A stretch of 42,544 bases of DNA from a virus (lineage: Duplodnaviria > Heunggongvirae > Uroviricota > Caudoviricetes), in IMG/VR virus record IMGVR_UViG_2718218358_000001, positions 1-42,544 of that record; one strand, given 5' to 3'. Positions within the stretch are counted from its first letter, which is position 1; the number at the start of each line of letters is the position of its first letter. The notes beneath the pieces are model-generated. The model saw nothing but the letters and a program-made list of their open reading frames with translations, did no database searches and was not told the origin of the DNA. Below are positions 37,947-42,544 of this stretch, piece by piece. The translations under genes and the position numbers were made by a program.

Positions 37947-39968
37947 ATGACAGATTCAATAAATGCCAATGTTGTAGTGAGCATGCCATCGCAACTCTTC
38001 ACTATGGCTCGTTCTTTTAAAGCAGTTGCCAATGGCAAAATTTATATCGGTAAAATTGACACTGACCCGGTAAATCCTGAAAACCAGATTCAGGTTTATG
38101 TGGAGAACGAAGACGGTTCTCACGTTCCTGTTGCACAGCCAATCATCATTAACGCTGCTGGTTACCCTGTATATAATGGACAGATTTCCAAATTCGTAAC
38201 TGTGCAAGGCCATTCTATGGCTGTTTATGATGCGTACGGTGTGCAGCAGTTCAAATTCCCAAATGTGCTGAAGTATGACCCTGATCAATTAAGAGAGGAA
38301 TTATCTAGTAAAGGTGGTTTTAATTTAGTTGGTGAGTTGGGTGCTGTATCTGATTTTTATGGAATGGAATCTAATAATGGAGATAAGGTTTTACTAAAGT
38401 CATGGTATCGAGATGGAAGTGGTGGTGGTGGTATTTTTGAGTTTAATGACAGCATAATAAGGTCGAAGCATGACGGAGGGTGTATAATATCACCATCAGT
38501 TCCATATATTGGAGATGCATATGTATCAGACTATGTAAACGGAGTTGGAGATGAACATCCATCATCAAACGGTTGTTGGGTTAGAAGAGACATCAAAGAA
38601 ATCACAGGTGAAATGTATGGTATGCATGGAAATCCTGATGATAACTTGGACTTATCACCAAATCTAAGGAAGGCCATTTCAGCCGCCGGAGTTCTTGGGC
38701 TTGGGGTCGTTTTACCAGGCAATATTATAAATTTAAAATCACCAGTATCAATACCAATACACCAGAGAGAAGGTGGAAAAGTAGCTTATATAAGAGGTGT
38801 TGACGAAAAGTTATCAATAGTAAATATACTAGCTTCAGAAACTTCGCAGAATAATTTCGGTATTTATCTTGATGGCTCTCTTTCAGTATTTTCATCATTC
38901 CCCATAGAAAACCTCACCATCAGATCTGTAGATTCAAGTGGCAATAGATCTGACTGGTCAGGATGTGGATTAAATATAAACAAATGCATCAGGCTTTCAA
39001 TGAGGAATGTTCTGATAGATGGCTTTGAGATTGGGTGTAAACTGAAAGATTCATTATATCTTGAGTTTAACAATTGTAGATTTACTTATAACAAAACAGC
39101 AATACAAGGAAGACTTGGTGAAGTGTCAGGACCAAACTCAATAAGACTTTCACGCTGTGATTTTCAGTACAATGCTGAATTTTGTATAGAAAACCAACAC
39201 GCACACGCTTGGAAAATTGACACTTGTACGTTTGAAGCAAATGGAGGGAAATCATATTCCAACGGGACTCCAATTGCATTTAATTCGTGCGTACAGTTTG
39301 CGTTGATTGGTGGTGCAGGTCGTGTCGCAGCAACAATTGATAATTGCTATTTCGAATCAAATACTGGTTCTGATGTGAGTTTTTACATAAACAGAAACTT
39401 AAATCAAATTATTAACATAAATAATTCAATATTTAACTATAATTTAGATTCCGTTAGCGCATCTAGAGTTATAGTACAATCAAATCAATCAGATCTCAGT
39501 TCTGGTGTTCAATGTTATTTGAATATGATGGGAAATGGTTTTCTTAACACTGGTGCTTCTGCTGAATCTGCATTTAAAGAAGTGCAATTTGCCGTCCCTT
39601 CATCTTTTGGCGTTAGCCATCTTGTTTTTACAGACTTTGGCAACCAAAATTCAATGAAATCACCATATTCTGGATTGGAAAAAGTTCAGAGAAATAGCCA
39701 AGGGCTGGTATCGGCAAGAGCAAATATTTCATCTACAGGTGCTTATTCATTAGCTCAGAACATATCAAATGTATCTAGACTGTCACCAGGAACATATAAG
39801 ATAGATTTTACATTTAACGTTTCAACACTCGTTCCAAATATTACATTGTTTGGAGGATCTGGTAGATATTCAAGTTTCTCAAGGGATTCAGACTATTCAA
39901 TTACGGTTAAGACATTTAATAATACAGGTGCCAATGTTGATTTGGATTTTATTATTACAGTAATGTAA
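37947..39968 (+). CDS. tailspike protein (P22 gp9-type head-binding N-terminus; divergent beta-helix receptor-binding body)
   Basis: N-terminal 110 aa ([37 protein letters not shown]...[14 protein letters not shown]...NVLKYDPDQ) match the remembered P22 tailspike head-binding domain; remainder Asn/Ser/Gly-rich with beta-helix-like repeats and AT-rich. Confidence 0.85.
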   Translation: MTDSINANVVVSMPSQLFTMARSFKAVANGKIYIGKIDTDPVNPENQIQVYVENEDGSHVPVAQPIIINAAGYPVYNGQISKFVTVQGHSMAVYDAYGVQQFKFPNVLKYDPDQLREELSSKGGFNLVGELGAVSDFYGMESNNGDKVLLKSWYRDGSGGGGIFEFNDSIIRSKHDGGCIISPSVPYIGDAYVSDYVNGVGDEHPSSNGCWVRRDIKEITGEMYGMHGNPDDNLDLSPNLRKAISAAGVLGLGVVLPGNIINLKSPVSIPIHQREGGKVAYIRGVDEKLSIVNILASETSQNNFGIYLDGSLSVFSSFPIENLTIRSVDSSGNRSDWSGCGLNINKCIRLSMRNVLIDGFEIGCKLKDSLYLEFNNCRFTYNKTAIQGRLGEVSGPNSIRLSRCDFQYNAEFCIENQHAHAWKIDTCTFEANGGKSYSNGTPIAFNSCVQFALIGGAGRVAATIDNCYFESNTGSDVSFYINRNLNQIININNSIFNYNLDSVSASRVIVQSNQSDLSSGVQCYLNMMGNGFLNTGASAESAFKEVQFAVPSSFGVSHLVFTDFGNQNSMKSPYSGLEKVQRNSQGLVSARANISSTGAYSLAQNISNVSRLSPGTYKIDFTFNVSTLVPNITLFGGSGRYSSFSRDSDYSITVKTFNNTGANVDLDFIITVM

Positions 39969-40142
39969 AAACACACTCTTATAGCGCTAGTGTAATTTAT
40001 ATGCTTGGCAATAGAAGATCTCACCTTCTACCAAAGCATCAATTACAAATGTGTTGATGTCTTTATTAAGACAAAATTGAGACACACAAAGCTTTGTACT
40101 GGACTGCAAGGCTTTGTGCTATTCGATAGTTATTAATGTCGC

Positions 40143-41300
40143 TCACTCCGCCTTTTCATCAATCCAATCCGCCCACCACTGCATCATTTCTCTGCGCTTA
40201 TCGAGATACTGAGCATGGTTGTAAACCCCGCGCACAGATCCGCCATTGGCATGTGCCAGTTGCACTTCAATAGCGTCAGCAGGCCATTCGTGCTCGTTCA
40301 TAATCGTGCTGAATTCATGCCTGAATCCGTGACCGCTTTCCAGCCCCTCATAGCCGATTTGTTTGATCACAAGTAGCACCGCGTTCTCGCAGATTGGCTT
40401 CTTCTTATCGTTGCGTCCGGCAAAAACAAACTCTGATACCGGTTTAGTGATTGAGCTTAGCGTAGTGAGAAGTTCAATAACCTGGTCCGACATAGGAACC
40501 ACATGAATCTTGCGTCCTTTCATCACACTGGCGTCGATGGTGATAATCCTGTTTTCAAAATCGACGTTCTTCCATAGCATGGAACGAAGCTCTTTCGTTC
40601 TTATGGCTGTGTAGCGTAAAATTTTGGTCGCAATGAGCGATACGATACTTCCTGAAAATGTTGCCAGTGCTTTGTTGAATGCCGGGATCTGGTCTGCAGG
40701 AAGAAACGGGAAGTTCTTCTTGCGGTATCCCTTCATGGCGTCAGCAAGGTCAGGTGCCGGGTTATATTTAGCCCTTCCGGTGACAATAGCGTAACGGAAA
40801 ACCTCGCCGCATCTTCTGCGTGCTTTGTTGGCTCGTTCCATTGCACCGCGATCTTCAAACCTGCGGATTACTTCCAGCAGTTGCATCGGCTCAATATCCT
40901 GAATTTCAAGGCCGCCAATGATAGGTAAAATGTCGTCGTCAAACATTTTGGCAAGTTCAGTTGCATACCCTACTGACCATACTTGCTTCTTGTGCTCGTA
41001 CCATTCCTTGTAAATCGCACTAAATGAATTGTTGTTAGACGAAGCCTTTTTCGCCTTTACCGGATCGATGCCAACCGAGATGTCTTTCCTCGCAGTCCAT
41101 GCCTTATCCCTTGCTTCCTGCAAAGTCATAAGCGGATATTTTCCGACGGTCAGGATTTTCTCCTTACCGTCAATCTTGTAGCGAAGCTGCCATACCTTTT
41201 TCCCTGACACAGGGACATAAAGGTACAGGCCATTACCATCGAGAAGGCGGTATGGTTTTTCTTTCGGCTTTGCTGCTTCAATCTGCTTAACGGTGAGCAT
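40143..41300 (-). CDS. intS: tyrosine integrase, IntS type
   Basis: 385 aa from the ATG at 41300 (track start at 41336 is a GTG without SD); recognised as the argW-prophage integrase; C-terminal catalytic region with HGFRHEFST and Tyr. Confidence 0.9.
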   Translation of the reverse strand: MLTVKQIEAAKPKEKPYRLLDGNGLYLYVPVSGKKVWQLRYKIDGKEKILTVGKYPLMTLQEARDKAWTARKDISVGIDPVKAKKASSNNNSFSAIYKEWYEHKKQVWSVGYATELAKMFDDDILPIIGGLEIQDIEPMQLLEVIRRFEDRGAMERANKARRRCGEVFRYAIVTGRAKYNPAPDLADAMKGYRKKNFPFLPADQIPAFNKALATFSGSIVSLIATKILRYTAIRTKELRSMLWKNVDFENRIITIDASVMKGRKIHVVPMSDQVIELLTTLSSITKPVSEFVFAGRNDKKKPICENAVLLVIKQIGYEGLESGHGFRHEFSTIMNEHEWPADAIEVQLAHANGGSVRGVYNHAQYLDKRREMMQWWADWIDEKAE

Positions 41301-41461
41301 GGGTAAAAATCCGGTGGGTAAAATTATTTTATCCACTTTTTACCCGTCATGGAGTGCGGCTGTCAACGATCTGAAGCGAACCATGACGAACTGTGAATCT
41401 ACGGAAGGCTTGATATTCAGGGGATTTTGCGGACTGGTACGGATGGGAGCGAACTGATAAA

Positions 41462-41476
41462 TGGTGTCCCCTGCAG
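41462..41476. repeat. att core copy at the intS-proximal junction, inside the argW 3' end
   Basis: exact match to 1690..1704. Confidence 0.7.
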
Positions 41477-41536
41477 GAATCGAACCTGCAATTAGCCCTT
41501 AGGAGGGGCTCGTTATATCCATTTAACTAAGAGGAC
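41462..41536 (-). tRNA. argW: tRNA-Arg (anticodon CCU), argW
   Basis: minus strand reads GTCCTCTTAGTTAAATGGATATAACGAGCCCCTCCTAAGGGCTAATTGCAGGTTCGATTCCTGCAGGGGACACCA; cloverleaf with T-loop GGTTCGATTCC and terminal CCA. Confidence 0.85.
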
Positions 41537-41611
41537 AATGCGGCACGAGTATACCCGCTAATGGAGTGCGGGGTAAGTACGCTGCCGCTCGATTGCTTAA
41601 ACCCTCGCCAT

Positions 41612-42544
41612 TTATGCCGGGTTTTTATCATTTTTCTTAATGTTTTCCGCACGTTCTGCTTTTTGGCGTGCTTCTGCTTTACGCTTGTTGCTCATGTCGT
41701 TACGAATCTGTGCATGACTCATTAACGCGAAGATAAAGGTGCCGCCGCAGATGTTCCCCGCTAAAGTAGGTAGTGCGAAGGGCCAGATGAAATCGCTCCA
41801 GTGCAGCGTACCGTTAAACACCAGATAGAGGATTTCAACAGAACCGACAACGATGTGGGTGGTGTCACCCAGGGCAATAAGCCAGGTCATCAATATAATC
41901 ACCACAATCTTTGCCGCACCCGCTGCAGGAAACATCCATACCATAGTGGCGATCAGCCAGCCGGAAATGATCGCGTTGGCAAACATCTCGCTGGGGGTGT
42001 TTTTCATCACATCCATGCCGATTTTGACAAATGCATCGCGAGTTTCTTCATTGAAGATAGGCATATATTCAAATGCCCACGCAGCAATACCAGTCCCGAG
42101 AATATTACCCAGCAGCACGACTCCCCATAACCGCATAAGTAAGCCAACGTTGCTCATTGTCGGTTTTTGCATGACGGGTAGTACCGCAGTCACGGTGTTT
42201 TCGGTAAATAATTGCTGGCGGGCCATTATGACGATAATAAAACCAAAGGTATAACCGAGATTCTCCAGCAAGAAGCTGCCCGGCACGCCTTCCAGTTCGA
42301 CATGAAATATCCCTTTTGCCAGTAGCGAAGCGCCCATCGACAGACCCGCCGCAATGGCTGACCACAGTAGCGCCATTGCGTCGCGTTCCAGCTCTTTTTC
42401 ACCATCCTGGCGGATATGCTCATGAATTGCCATCGCCCGGGAGGGGAGTCGGTCTTCATCTATTTCTATTTTTTTGCCGCGCTCTTTTTCTTCGCTCTCA
42501 ACTTCAATTTCGTCGCTGTGTTGATCAATTTTGTCGTTGTCCAT
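41612..42544 (-). CDS. yfdC: inner-membrane protein YfdC (formate/nitrite transporter family)
   Basis: 310-aa ORF ending at the window edge; multiple TM segments; recognised as the gene adjacent to argW in E. coli. Confidence 0.85.
   Translation of the reverse strand: MDNDKIDQHSDEIEVESEEKERGKKIEIDEDRLPSRAMAIHEHIRQDGEKELERDAMALLWSAIAAGLSMGASLLAKGIFHVELEGVPGSFLLENLGYTFGFIIVIMARQQLFTENTVTAVLPVMQKPTMSNVGLLMRLWGVVLLGNILGTGIAAWAFEYMPIFNEETRDAFVKIGMDVMKNTPSEMFANAIISGWLIATMVWMFPAAGAAKIVVIILMTWLIALGDTTHIVVGSVEILYLVFNGTLHWSDFIWPFALPTLAGNICGGTFIFALMSHAQIRNDMSNKRKAEARQKAERAENIKKNDKNPA

Larger units (their letters stand above)
1705..41461. mobile_element. P22-like lambdoid prophage, apparently intact, integrated in argW
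   Basis: bounded by 15-bp direct repeats; carries integrase, excisionase, C2/Cro immunity, replication, nin, lysis and a complete P22-order morphogenetic operon; about 39.8 kb, typical of this phage group. Confidence 0.8.

Noticed and set aside
39969-40142. O-antigen modification genes (gtr or oac type) expected between tailspike and integrase
   Set aside because: Only 174 bp separate the two genes and it contains no ORF, so this prophage carries no seroconversion cassette at that position.
41801-42459. Overlapping ORFs inside and antisense to yfdC
   Set aside because: Shadow ORFs within a recognised membrane-protein gene.
1-42544. CRISPR arrays, insertion sequences and transposases
   Set aside because: No regularly spaced short repeats with unique spacers, no terminal inverted repeats flanking a transposase-like ORF, and no DDE-transposase-like proteins were seen in the ORF track.

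Overview
The window is almost entirely one apparently intact P22-like (short-tailed, headful-packaging) lambdoid prophage of about 39.8 kb, integrated into the 3' end of tRNA-Arg (argW, minus strand, 41462..41536). Host genes flank it: the sucrose permease cscB on the left (1..1248) and the formate/nitrite-transporter-family gene yfdC on the right (41612..42544). All calls are from reading the sequence and the ORF track against remembered protein families; no database search was run. Prophage order, left to right: torI-type excisionase, then the minus-strand early-left operon (small hypotheticals, SSB-like, Erf, N), the immunity region (P22-type C2 and Cro with three OR operators, lambda-like CII), replication (O-like initiator with six ori iterons, DnaB-like helicase), the nin region (NinB/E/F/G/H, PP-loop PAPS-reductase-like gene, Ser/Thr phosphatase), Q, lambda-type lysis cassette (S, R, Rz/Rz1), a KilA-N moron, P22-type morphogenesis (TerS with pac-like site, TerL, portal, scaffold, coat, gp4, gp10, tail needle, gp14, ejection proteins gp7/gp20/gp16), an AT-rich accessory island, an immI-like Mnt-Arc-Ant module, a mosaic tailspike and the IntS-type integrase. 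The best candidate for something undescribed is the accessory island at 34767..36228: a Panacea/DUF4065-like protein immediately followed by an unassignable 140-aa partner, with a divergent small membrane protein. Other notable points are a split tRNA-derived repeat around torI, an antisense HNH-AP2 endonuclease between the scaffold and coat genes, and a tailspike with a divergent AT-rich receptor-binding domain. No CRISPR array, IS element or rRNA was seen.
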